Virus record (IMG/VR): IMGVR_UViG_3300028510_000022
Source: a virus
DNA length: 18,976 bases
Reading direction: 5' to 3' (one strand)
In this document: in pieces, positions 6,156-14,595 of the stretch
Layout: the number at the start of each line of letters is the position of its first letter
Numbering within the stretch: the first letter of the stretch is position 1
The notes under the pieces: generated by a model
What the model saw: only the letters and a program-made list of their open reading frames with translations
The model's database searches: none
What the model was told of the DNA's origin: nothing
Position numbers and translations under genes: made by a program

Positions 6156-7169
6156 ATGAGCTACAAGAATTACAAGCGACATCTTGGAAAGATTGAGCTG
6201 AATAAGGAAACAGTGGAGCGCAACCGTCTAGCCTTCTTTGAGTTTTATTTTAACTATTTCTATAATATCGTTGTTAACTATTTCACATGGGAAGGCTTGC
6301 CAAATGATATTGACGAGCTTTTCATAGAAAGAAAGTTGATTGAAAACGGTCACGTCTCATTTTTTCATGATGATACGTTTGGCTTTATTGCTCAAGGTGG
6401 AACAAGGGGCGAGCGGTTGAATCACTATGACCAGCCTTTAAGCTATCAACCAGTCAATGCTTCTAGTATGAACTATTTTAAACAGATGGAGATAGCCTAT
6501 ACAGAGAATGATTTTAGAGTGATTGAAGACTTGCACAAGGACAACCCAGAGAAAATCAAAAAGCCTTGCATTGTGATTCCTAACAATAACTTTTATGAGC
6601 CTTACATTGGTTATCTTGAGTTATTTTGCGAGAAATTGGCAGATATTGAGCTGACTATTCAATTAAATAGAAACGCTCAGATAACCCCCTATTTTATCTT
6701 TGTAGACAATAATAGCGTGTTATCTATGAAAAATATCTTTAATAAGATTGCGAATTTTGAGCCAGTGGTTTATTTGAACAAGCAGAAAGACCAAGACGGA
6801 CAGGATAGCTTTAAACAGTTATCTGACTACATTCAAGTATTCAGGACGGACGCACCTTTTCTACTGGACAAGTTGCATGATGAAAAGTTAAGGGTTATGA
6901 ATCAACTACTAACTTTTATTGGTATCAATAACAACCCCTCAGATAAAAAAGAGCGTCTAGTAGTATCTGAAGCTATTTCTAATAATGGGGTTATCTCAGC
7001 CAATATCGAAGTAGGCTGGAAGTCACGCAGAAAAGCGGTTGACCTTATCAATAAATGTTACGGGCTAGAAATATCCGTCAAGCCAGCTGAAACCATTCAG
7101 CAATTCAATCTTGATAAAGTAGCGCTAGACATTGCAGAGCAAGGGGGTGCAGTCTTTGACCCAGAATAA
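6156..7169 (+). CDS. Portal / head-tail connector (phi29 gp10-like), 337 aa
   Basis: Recalled phi29 gp10 segments align clearly. [28 protein letters not shown] aligns with [74 protein letters not shown] aligns with [46 protein letters not shown]. Confidence 0.92.
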   Translation: [337 protein letters not shown]

Positions 7170-7803
7170 CACCACAGCAACCATTGCAACCTTTCTAAAA
7201 TCCCGATACAGAAACCCTGTAACAGGAAAACTAGACGGGTTGGCAGTTGATGAAAACGGCGATTTTCTACATTATAATACCATTATAGATGATACTTATA
7301 ACGAGCTTTTCAAGGATATGCACCTAGTAGACGGTGTTTCAGAAAATTTCAAGAAAGAATTTTGTAAGCACTTTTACAACAGGGAGATTGGGCTTGAGAC
7401 TTTTGCACGCTTTCAGGTAGCACTGGAAGACGTTCTAAACAATGAGTGTTTCAATCTATTCAAGTATCTTGCAGAAATCAGAAACAAGGCTATCAAGGAA
7501 TTAAATCAATCCATGAACATTGATACAGTCGGCAACCAAAAAGCAGATGGGCAAGCCTTACAGATAGCCAACACCACACCCCAGGAGCGCAAGGAAATTG
7601 TATTTACGGAGCGCTACGGAGTGATTGAATACGCTGACAACTTGGTAGAAAACCACCAGAAAAACAACGCTGACACAAAAAGCAACGTCTCAGGCTGGAG
7701 TGGTTCAAGCCTTGCTGAGCGTTTACAAAACAATGCAGAATTGAAAGACATTCAATTTCAGATTTTTAACATTTGTGATAAGCTATTTTTACAAGTGTTT
7801 TAG
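7156..7803 (+). CDS. Structural protein, possibly the lower collar (position analogous to phi29 gp11), about 215 aa
   Basis: An AAGGGGG site at 7141-7147 sits 8 nt before the in-frame TTG at 7156. In-frame alternatives are TTG 7132 and GTG 7147. The function is inferred from gene order only. Confidence 0.5.
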   Translation: MTQNNTTATIATFLKSRYRNPVTGKLDGLAVDENGDFLHYNTIIDDTYNELFKDMHLVDGVSENFKKEFCKHFYNREIGLETFARFQVALEDVLNNECFNLFKYLAEIRNKAIKELNQSMNIDTVGNQKADGQALQIANTTPQERKEIVFTERYGVIEYADNLVENHQKNNADTKSNVSGWSGSSLAERLQNNAELKDIQFQIFNICDKLFLQVF

Positions 7804-7814
7804 AAAGGGTATAG

Positions 7815-8399
7815 ATGAAAGATTTATCAAATGCTAAAATATTAAAATATGATAGTATGTTAGAAGAAATCACTCTTTTCAGCTTTCAGGGTTTTGCCTA
7901 TGCTGAAGATGGTTTGTATTATATCAAATCAGCAAGTAAGCGACTAGGCGACTTGTCCAAGTTGTGGCTAAAGCTAAAGCCTATCAGCTATCATTTTGAA
8001 AGTATTGAAGATGAAACCTTCTGGACGATAAGAAAGAGCTACAAGCCTTTATTATCTACTAAAGCCCTTCTATATATCCGTTTTAAGATTGTAGGCGCTT
8101 ATTATAGCTTTGAAAAGTTAAACAGTAAGAGCAAGCTCAAAGGCTTTGGCAGAGTGATAGATGATAATAACTATTTCTCACGGATTCCACTAGTGAACGA
8201 GCTGACCCATTGGGACAATGGGGTTATTGTTACCCCTAACTATCAGATGGCGCTATCAGGCTTTAAAGATGGACGGGTGGCTATTCACGGTCAGCAATTT
8301 CTTGATGATTGGGCAACCTTTGACATCAATGTTACAAATGATAGAAAAGGAGTACAGAGAACCATCATGACAGCAGAAAGAGGACATGAACACTTATGA
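7815..8399 (+). CDS. Hypothetical late protein (194 aa)
   Basis: The ORF has an AAAGGG RBS and is translationally coupled (ATGA) to the next gene. I recognise no motifs. Confidence 0.6.
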   Translation: MKDLSNAKILKYDSMLEEITLFSFQGFAYAEDGLYYIKSASKRLGDLSKLWLKLKPISYHFESIEDETFWTIRKSYKPLLSTKALLYIRFKIVGAYYSFEKLNSKSKLKGFGRVIDDNNYFSRIPLVNELTHWDNGVIVTPNYQMALSGFKDGRVAIHGQQFLDDWATFDINVTNDRKGVQRTIMTAERGHEHL

Positions 8400-8716
8400 T
8401 AATTATTAACCTATCGGAAACACCCGATACACTACAAGTTGAAGTCATGGGACATGGAGACGATACAGACCAGTCTTGCGCCCGTGTATCAACCGTTTGT
8501 GATTGTATCTATTTAACCTTTAAAGACCAGTTAGAGAAATACAAGAAGCATAACGGCTACACACTTTTAATTGCTAACAAGAAAAAACTAGGACGTAAAG
8601 ATATTTTGCTTTTGCGCTTCCTTGAATACTTGGAAGCCTTGAAAGAACTCTATCCAAATTCAATCAAAATCGAAAATACAACAAACAAGGAGAAAACAAA
8701 TGGCAAAAACAACTAA
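8396..8716 (+). CDS. Prp-like (YsxB/DUF464 family) cysteine protease, probable prohead maturation protease, 106 aa
   Basis: The segment VMGHGDDTDQSCARVSTV matches the Prp His...Cys dyad pattern (GHA...DIVCAGAS in S. aureus Prp, also 106 aa). The C-terminal helix ILLLRFLEYLEALKELYPNSIKI parallels Prp LILQTMLVSLQTIEEEYNENIRL. Cp-1 is reported to encode its own head-protein protease. Confidence 0.65.
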   Translation: MIIINLSETPDTLQVEVMGHGDDTDQSCARVSTVCDCIYLTFKDQLEKYKKHNGYTLLIANKKKLGRKDILLLRFLEYLEALKELYPNSIKIENTTNKEKTNGKNN

Positions 8717-9674
8717 AAAAGTTCAAGGGATTCACTCACTTATCAAATTTCAGCGTCATCAAGGTGTTGAGAGCCTAACTATTGAAGGCAAACAAGAACT
8801 TGCTGATTTAAAACAGGATAGCAAGGGAGATACAAGCCTTATTTTGAACGCTGATAAGGACAAAGTAAATGAACTAGTTTCAGCCGTCCCTTATCTTGAC
8901 ATTGCTCATACAACCACAGGGGAAGCGCCTAACCAAACCAAAACGGCAACAGTAAGCCAAGACCTTTCACATTTTCCGCTATCTGGTGGGGAACTTGTAA
9001 CAGTTGAAAAATCAGCTGAAGGCTTGACACTCAACGATGCAAAAGTAAAAGAGTTAATTGACACTAAAGCTGAAGCTCTAAAGAAAGAGCTTGGAAGTGG
9101 TGCTGGAACTGGTACAGGTGCAACAGCTAGCTCTATCACGTTAAACGGTGGGGAACTGGTAAAAGTTGACAAGTCAGGCGATACGCTAACACTTAATGAC
9201 AGCAAGGTTAAGGAGCTAGTAGAATCTACTAAAACGGAGATTTTAAAGGCTATCCCTCCTAAAAAACTAATAGCTTCTCAATATGATTTAGAAGCTGAAG
9301 AAGTTTTAAACGCTGAGTTTGGTGTAGAAGGCGAAAAATTGCGATATAGTACATTTATTTTATCGTTAGAATACAATGGTAAATATGACAGTCATTTTAT
9401 TCATATTCCACTAAATAACAATGAAGTAATTAATAAGCTATCAGACAACACTATTATCAGGATTAATCCAAAAGCTGAAGGCTTCCACATTATGCTATAT
9501 TTCAAAAATGCTACTAGTATTACCATTTCAGGTGTTGACTATTGCAATTTAACTGATACACCTAGCATGACAATCAATACATTATCAGAAACCTATGATG
9601 ATGTAAACAATACCTTACTACCTACAAGCGGAAACACTCCACAACCACTAGATGATGGTTATGGCCGTTTATAA
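8700..9674 (+). CDS. Structural protein with three internal ~38-aa repeats (fibre/appendage candidate), 324 aa
   Basis: An AAGGAG RBS is present. Repeat copies are LSGGELVTVEKSAEGLTLNDAKVKELIDTKAEALKKEL and LNGGELVKVDKSGDTLTLNDSKVKELVESTKTEILKAI, joined by a Gly/Thr linker. A degenerate third copy lies upstream. Confidence 0.65.
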   Translation: MAKTTKKVQGIHSLIKFQRHQGVESLTIEGKQELADLKQDSKGDTSLILNADKDKVNELVSAVPYLDIAHTTTGEAPNQTKTATVSQDLSHFPLSGGELVTVEKSAEGLTLNDAKVKELIDTKAEALKKELGSGAGTGTGATASSITLNGGELVKVDKSGDTLTLNDSKVKELVESTKTEILKAIPPKKLIASQYDLEAEEVLNAEFGVEGEKLRYSTFILSLEYNGKYDSHFIHIPLNNNEVINKLSDNTIIRINPKAEGFHIMLYFKNATSITISGVDYCNLTDTPSMTINTLSETYDDVNNTLLPTSGNTPQPLDDGYGRL

Positions 9675-9688
9675 GAAAGGGTTAAAAT

Positions 9689-10444
9689 ATGACACCAGAA
9701 GAATTTCATGACGAGTTTTTCCGAAACTATCGGGGGCGCTATTCTTCTTACTGGGTGGAACGATGGGGGCTTATCCCTTCCATTCCTACCAGCTTTGATA
9801 ATGCTAACTCAATTTACGAGCTTTTAGCATGGCTTCAGCGTGCCTTTAAGCAGTTGCTTGATGATTTTGTAGCCCTTGAGAGTGAGTTTGAAGATTTTAA
9901 GAATGCTCTTACAGAGCTACTTGAAAACCTTGTACCGCTTTTGATTAAGCGCTACATGGAAAGCGCTGAAGCTGATAGATGGTTCACTGGTAAGGCTGAC
10001 AAGTATTATGAACGAGTTATCAAACCATACATTGATGAACAAATCAGAAACTTGAAAGAAAAGATTGAGCGAGATTTACGAGAGCTTGAAAATCGAATCA
10101 ATGAAAAACTTGAAGCAGAAAAACAAGAACGAATCCGTGAAATCAACAGCTTAAAGGAAAAGCTGGAACAAGAAAAACAAGCCAGACAACGAGATAAAGA
10201 AGACCTACAAAGACAAATCCAAGACCAAGCAACCAAAAACAACGATTTAAAAGATACGTTAACAAAACTGATTTCAAATCTTGAAAAATCAGGTGCATGG
10301 GCTGGAGGACTTAAAGGGAACTTTAAAGACGGTCGCAACATTGCAACAGGTAATATTAATATCTTTGGCGGTACGCCAGACGGTAACAGCTTTATCAGGA
10401 CAAACAACGGAAGTACAGAAAATGACCTTTCAGGAGGTATTTGA
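9689..10444 (+). CDS. Coiled-coil fibre/appendage protein, 251 aa
   Basis: The central region of about 90 aa is a heptad-rich charged segment (EKIERDLRELENRINEKLEAEKQERIREINSLKEKLEQEKQ...). The stop overlaps the next start (TGATG). The functional class is inferred. Confidence 0.6.
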   Translation: MTPEEFHDEFFRNYRGRYSSYWVERWGLIPSIPTSFDNANSIYELLAWLQRAFKQLLDDFVALESEFEDFKNALTELLENLVPLLIKRYMESAEADRWFTGKADKYYERVIKPYIDEQIRNLKEKIERDLRELENRINEKLEAEKQERIREINSLKEKLEQEKQARQRDKEDLQRQIQDQATKNNDLKDTLTKLISNLEKSGAWAGGLKGNFKDGRNIATGNINIFGGTPDGNSFIRTNNGSTENDLSGGI

Positions 10445-11199
10445 TGGCTTTAGAATTAAAATTTTCAACCAGTACCAATGCTAAAATAGAAAATTTTGGT
10501 ACTGGTGTACCAGCTTGGACGGAAGCCTATGCTAACGCTTGGCAGTTCTCAAAGGCTGATACAGATTACGGCTACATGACAAACGGGAATACAACCTATA
10601 TCCAATATGGACATCGTGACCCGTCAATTTGGGCTTCTATGCGCTTTTGGGGTCAATCCGTGGAAGTCATTGAAGAACGAACAAACCCCGATAATTCCAT
10701 TACAGCGAAAATCAGAGTAAAAGCTCTTTTCTGGTGGAGTAAACGGGTAAGCTCAAATGCTGGTTATCGTGTTAACTACGATATTAAAGTAAACGGGCGG
10801 ACAGTCTGGAGCTTTAGCGGTTATACAACCGATGAAGTGATTAAAAACGACGAAGTGGCTCAAGAATTTACGGTTACAGTTCAACCCGAAGAACGCTCTA
10901 GTGCTAGTGCTTTAAATATCAACGTTACTTACCCAAACGGAGAGTTTGACAATAACAATTTTTATGTGGGAATCTTCCTATATAATAATTTTAAAAAAGC
11001 GATTAAGCCTTGGGCTATCCGTAAGGGTGAAATCTTTAAGACCTTGAACCGCTCAAGCGGTTTCTTCAAACAGCGTAAAGACGGCTGGAAAGATGTGAGC
11101 GGTCAACCTACAAACGCAGTCGGGAAAGCCGAGAGCGCCCCTCACAAAATCAGAAAGTCGGGTCAATGGCTAGGACAAGGTCAGATAGGGCAACAATAA
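10444..11199 (+). CDS. Hypothetical tail/receptor-binding candidate, 251 aa
   Basis: A GGAGG site at 10433-10437 sits 6 nt before the ATG at 10444. The track TTG at 10441 is less likely. The gene is coupled to the fibre gene upstream and is followed by a terminator. Confidence 0.6.
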   Translation: MALELKFSTSTNAKIENFGTGVPAWTEAYANAWQFSKADTDYGYMTNGNTTYIQYGHRDPSIWASMRFWGQSVEVIEERTNPDNSITAKIRVKALFWWSKRVSSNAGYRVNYDIKVNGRTVWSFSGYTTDEVIKNDEVAQEFTVTVQPEERSSASALNINVTYPNGEFDNNNFYVGIFLYNNFKKAIKPWAIRKGEIFKTLNRSSGFFKQRKDGWKDVSGQPTNAVGKAESAPHKIRKSGQWLGQGQIGQQ

Positions 11200-11226
11200 G
11201 GGAGGGTTTCAGCCCTCCTGTTTTTA
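11200..11226 (+). terminator. Intrinsic terminator inside the late operon
   Basis: GGGAGGG (11200-11206), a 6-nt loop, CCCTCCT (11213-11219), then G and TTTTT. Confidence 0.7.
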
Positions 11227-11238
11227 AAGGAGTAATAA

Positions 11239-12726
11239 ATGAAGGAATCAACTAAAATCTGGTTATATGCCAAAAGCCCTTTTAAGAATGATTATGCGAA
11301 TGTTATTAACTTTGAAACAAGGGACGCCATGGAGGATTTTTTTACTAAAAAGAACCCTCATATAGATATTGTGTACGAGTATGACAAATTTCAATATACC
11401 CAAAGAAACGGCTCTATTGTAGTATCTGGACGGGTGGAGAAATATGAAAATGTAACCTACATGAGATTTATTAACAACGGACGGACTTACTACGCTTTTG
11501 TATTTGATGTACTATACGTTAATGAAGACGCTACACGGATTATCTACGAGGTGGACGTTTGGAACACCTACCAGCACGAACTAAAGGCGCTAAATGTAAT
11601 CGGGCAAGTAGAACAGCAGACCATGCCTAATGAGTTATGGGCGCTAAGAGATAGTCAGCAAGGCTTTTCAGTAGGGACTAAGTACGCAAGTAGAGCTGGA
11701 GAGGTTGGTATAGATACAGAGTGGCTTGTAGTCGTTGCTAAGCCTACTATTAAAATGACAACCAAAGCCAATAGACCTGTAAATATGAGTTTTTCAGGAA
11801 TGCAAAAAACCTTTAAATACTTTTTTATCCCTGTAAGTTTGAGAAAAGGGTCATCTAAGCCTTTTATCTTTAACGGTAAAAAGTATGATAGCTTTTACCT
11901 TGAAAACCTTTACAAACATTTGTTTGGCTTAAATCAAGACGGGTCAAGCACTGTAAACCAGATTGTCAATATGTATCTAAGCCGTGATATTGGGGTAAAA
12001 TACAAAGAGACAACGGTAGGGGATAAGACCTATATAGAAATCTTGTCAAACGTTGTCGGAAACGTTGCAGAAATTGGGCGCAAAAATCAACGGAATTATA
12101 GACCTTCTACAAGTTCAAGCGGTGGAAGCTCTAGCACGTCCGAAACAGGCGACATTTCAACGGAAGAAAGTAGAGTTAGACTAGTGACCCGAATTATTAA
12201 GAAGCTAGTACCAGACGCAACAGCAGAAGGGATAGCTGGAATCATCGGGAACTTTTCAGCAGAAAGCAACGTAACCGCTAAGAAATATGAGGCTGACTAT
12301 GCAACAGGCTACGAGTACGACAAAATGGCAACCCTTCCAACAGCTGAAAGCCTCGTAGGAAGTTGGGGCGCTTTTGCTGGGTTATACACTATTTCATTAA
12401 ATGAAGCTGGTTATAGAGGGTCAGACGGTCAACACTGGATAGGCATGGGAATTGGACAGTGGACAGGCTCAAGATGTGAAGCCCTTATCGCCTACGCAAA
12501 AGAGAAAGGACAGTCTGTTTGGGACTTTAACCTACAATTTAACTTTATGAATGAAGAAAGTAGAGCGGACACTTTTAGACGTGTAGCTAGTTCATCGGCA
12601 AGCGCAAGCGACAATGCAAGCGATTTTATGAACAACTGGGAAGGTGTAGAATACAAGGAAGCTGAACGAATTGAGCAAGCGAATGCATGGCTCTCAACGG
12701 TTCAAGATGAGTTAGGAAAGGTATAG
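11239..12726 (+). CDS. Tail knob N-terminal part (phi29 gp9-like) fused to a C-terminal phage-tail-lysozyme-like domain, 495 aa
   Basis: The N-terminal part aligns with recalled phi29 gp9 segments. PFKNDYANV aligns with PFSNDYKNT. YMRFINNGRTYYAFVFDV...YEVDVWNTYQ aligns with YIMFQN..KWFYAFVTEL...FEIDVLQTW. VNQIVNMYLSRDIGVKY aligns with VNDIVNMYVTDYIGLKL. A Ser/Gly linker (STSSSGGSSSTS) follows. The C-terminal domain carries GIIGNFSAES...GMGIGQWTGSR, typical of tail-associated lysozyme-like domains. Confidence 0.85.
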   Translation: MKESTKIWLYAKSPFKNDYANVINFETRDAMEDFFTKKNPHIDIVYEYDKFQYTQRNGSIVVSGRVEKYENVTYMRFINNGRTYYAFVFDVLYVNEDATRIIYEVDVWNTYQHELKALNVIGQVEQQTMPNELWALRDSQQGFSVGTKYASRAGEVGIDTEWLVVVAKPTIKMTTKANRPVNMSFSGMQKTFKYFFIPVSLRKGSSKPFIFNGKKYDSFYLENLYKHLFGLNQDGSSTVNQIVNMYLSRDIGVKYKETTVGDKTYIEILSNVVGNVAEIGRKNQRNYRPSTSSSGGSSSTSETGDISTEESRVRLVTRIIKKLVPDATAEGIAGIIGNFSAESNVTAKKYEADYATGYEYDKMATLPTAESLVGSWGAFAGLYTISLNEAGYRGSDGQHWIGMGIGQWTGSRCEALIAYAKEKGQSVWDFNLQFNFMNEESRADTFRRVASSSASASDNASDFMNNWEGVEYKEAERIEQANAWLSTVQDELGKV

Positions 12727-12729
12727 GAT

Positions 12730-14568
12730 ATGACTGAAGCAACACAAACACTAAAAGCCCTTAATGAAATCAAGTCAAGGGTGGGGACTAGCATAGGTAG
12801 CGGTCAGTGCTACGGGTTAGTCGCTTTATATTCTCAGCTTTTGGGAGGGTGTAACATCGGGGGAGGTATCAACACCCCGAACCCTGACGGAAACGGGCGC
12901 CAAGCAAGTGGAAGCGATACACAAAGGGGTATGAGTGCCAGTAATATTGGTGGCGATTATAACTGGGACGCCGTAGGCTGGAAAGTACGTTTTGACCCTT
13001 CTTTTTCTGATTTAAGAGTGGGCTGTATCGTAAACTATAAGCCAACTAGTAGTAATATCTGGGGGCATACAGCCGTTATTTCAGCTGTTAACGGTTCGAG
13101 CTATGACGTTATAGAACAAAACTACGCTTGGAGCGGTTACACTACGGAAAGAACAGGTATAGACACGGTGGATAACATTGAAAGTATTATCTACCCCCCT
13201 GAAGTGGTAGCTGGTGGAGACATCGGAGAAATCACGGGGAACACTGGAGACAGACAACTTGGAAACGGTGACTACACCAAAACAGCCTTTGACGTGGAAG
13301 CCGTTCTAATAGAAGTAGAAGGATTCTTTGACTATCGCCCCAACGTTTACGAGATTCCAAACTTGCTAGAGATTGCCTACAACCAGATACAAGACAGCTT
13401 ACGAGCTTACACTGGGAAATCTGACCTAGAAATAGAAGTGCAGCTGTTAAATAGTGAATTTACTGAAGTTGAATTGTATGACATTTACGGGAATAGTTAT
13501 GTATATCAACCGCAGTACCTACCTAGAACCCTTGACACAGGTCACAAGTATAAAGTCATTGTAAATGGTAGCCTTGGAGATAATAACCAAGTACACATCA
13601 ACTTTTTAGAGTATAACAACGCTAACAACCTAAGCTATGCGGATAAGAATATTTTAGAAAATATTGATACGAAAACATGGACAGAATACAACCCTGAACA
13701 TTTTAAGTATGGGCTTAATGATGTAACAGGGAAAAACATTGCCATTTTAAATGACGCTGAAGCTAGTTACATTCAGACCCATAAAAACCAAATGGAGCAT
13801 ACTCAGCTGACCTTTAAAGAAAACCGGGAAATGCTTAAACAAAGCGTGGACTTGTCAAATAAACAGGTAGCAACCGCTAACTCACAAGCTAGCTACAATG
13901 CCCAATATGCCGTAGATACAGCTAACATCAATCAATGGACTGAGGGAGCTAGTGGAGTTCTAAACGTAGCTGGGAACTTACTACAAGGTAATCTAGGGGG
14001 TGCTCTAAGTGGTTTGGCTTCTGGTGGTATGAAAGTTTTCAATGCTAACCGTGAATACAATAATAAACTAGTTGAGCAAGGGTTTACAGATACAAACAAC
14101 GCTTTGAAATCTCAATCTAATGCCCTTAACAACATGAAAGCAAAAATAGCCCTAGACCAGTCAATCAGAGCCTACAACGCAAGCATGGCAGACTTACAGA
14201 ATCAGCCTATCAGCGTCCAACAGATTGGGAATGACTTATCTTTCCAAAGTGGGCATTTATTGACCGATGTCTATTGGAAAGTATCAATCGCTCAAAAAGA
14301 AATTTTAGGGCGAGCAAACGAATACATAAAATGCTATGGGGTACTTGTCAATATCTTTTCTAATAATGCTTTAAGCGTTATGAAAGCCAGAAAGCGGTTT
14401 AACTACATCAAGATGATAAATGTTAACCTTGGAAACTTAAGAGCGAATCAATCTCACATGAACGCAATACAGGCTATTTTTCAGTCTGGTGTTAGAATCT
14501 GGAACTATTCAGCGAATAAAGATGATAATATTTTATTTGACATCAAGAAAAACAATCCGAATTTTTAA
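12730..14568 (+). CDS. CHAP-domain peptidoglycan hydrolase fused to the tail knob C-terminal part (phi29 gp9-like), 612 aa
   Basis: The CHAP domain shows Cys in GSGQCYGLV and His in WGHTAVIS, followed by EQNY. The rest aligns with recalled phi29 gp9 segments. KVIVNGSLGDNNQVHINFLEYN aligns with KIQVRGSLGVSNKVAYSVQDYN. NIAILNDAEASYIQTHKNQMEH aligns with [22 protein letters not shown]. The Gly-rich hydrophobic loop is GNLGGALSGLASGGM. The C-terminus RKRFNYIKM...IQAIFQSGVRIWNY aligns with RKAFNYVQT...IRTIFDNGITLWHT. Confidence 0.85.
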   Translation: MTEATQTLKALNEIKSRVGTSIGSGQCYGLVALYSQLLGGCNIGGGINTPNPDGNGRQASGSDTQRGMSASNIGGDYNWDAVGWKVRFDPSFSDLRVGCIVNYKPTSSNIWGHTAVISAVNGSSYDVIEQNYAWSGYTTERTGIDTVDNIESIIYPPEVVAGGDIGEITGNTGDRQLGNGDYTKTAFDVEAVLIEVEGFFDYRPNVYEIPNLLEIAYNQIQDSLRAYTGKSDLEIEVQLLNSEFTEVELYDIYGNSYVYQPQYLPRTLDTGHKYKVIVNGSLGDNNQVHINFLEYNNANNLSYADKNILENIDTKTWTEYNPEHFKYGLNDVTGKNIAILNDAEASYIQTHKNQMEHTQLTFKENREMLKQSVDLSNKQVATANSQASYNAQYAVDTANINQWTEGASGVLNVAGNLLQGNLGGALSGLASGGMKVFNANREYNNKLVEQGFTDTNNALKSQSNALNNMKAKIALDQSIRAYNASMADLQNQPISVQQIGNDLSFQSGHLLTDVYWKVSIAQKEILGRANEYIKCYGVLVNIFSNNALSVMKARKRFNYIKMINVNLGNLRANQSHMNAIQAIFQSGVRIWNYSANKDDNILFDIKKNNPNF

Positions 14569-14573
14569 AAGTA

Positions 14574-14582
14574 TGATATAAT
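14574..14582 (+). promoter_or_regulatory. Extended -10 promoter-like element (TGaTATAAT) ahead of the packaging/lysis genes
   Basis: The same GTATGATATAAT core occurs in the other predicted phage promoters. There is no good -35 at 17 nt; a TTGACA at 14537-14542 is 34 nt away. Confidence 0.4.
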
Positions 14583-14595
14583 GAAATAGAAAGGA

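Noticed and set aside
8906-10484. ORFs 8906-9205 (minus), 10006-10407 (minus) and 10281-10484 (plus)
   Set aside because: These are shadows of repeat-rich or coiled-coil coding sequence. Periodic GAA/AAG-rich DNA keeps the antisense frames open, and the Ser/Phe/Leu-rich translations are implausible.
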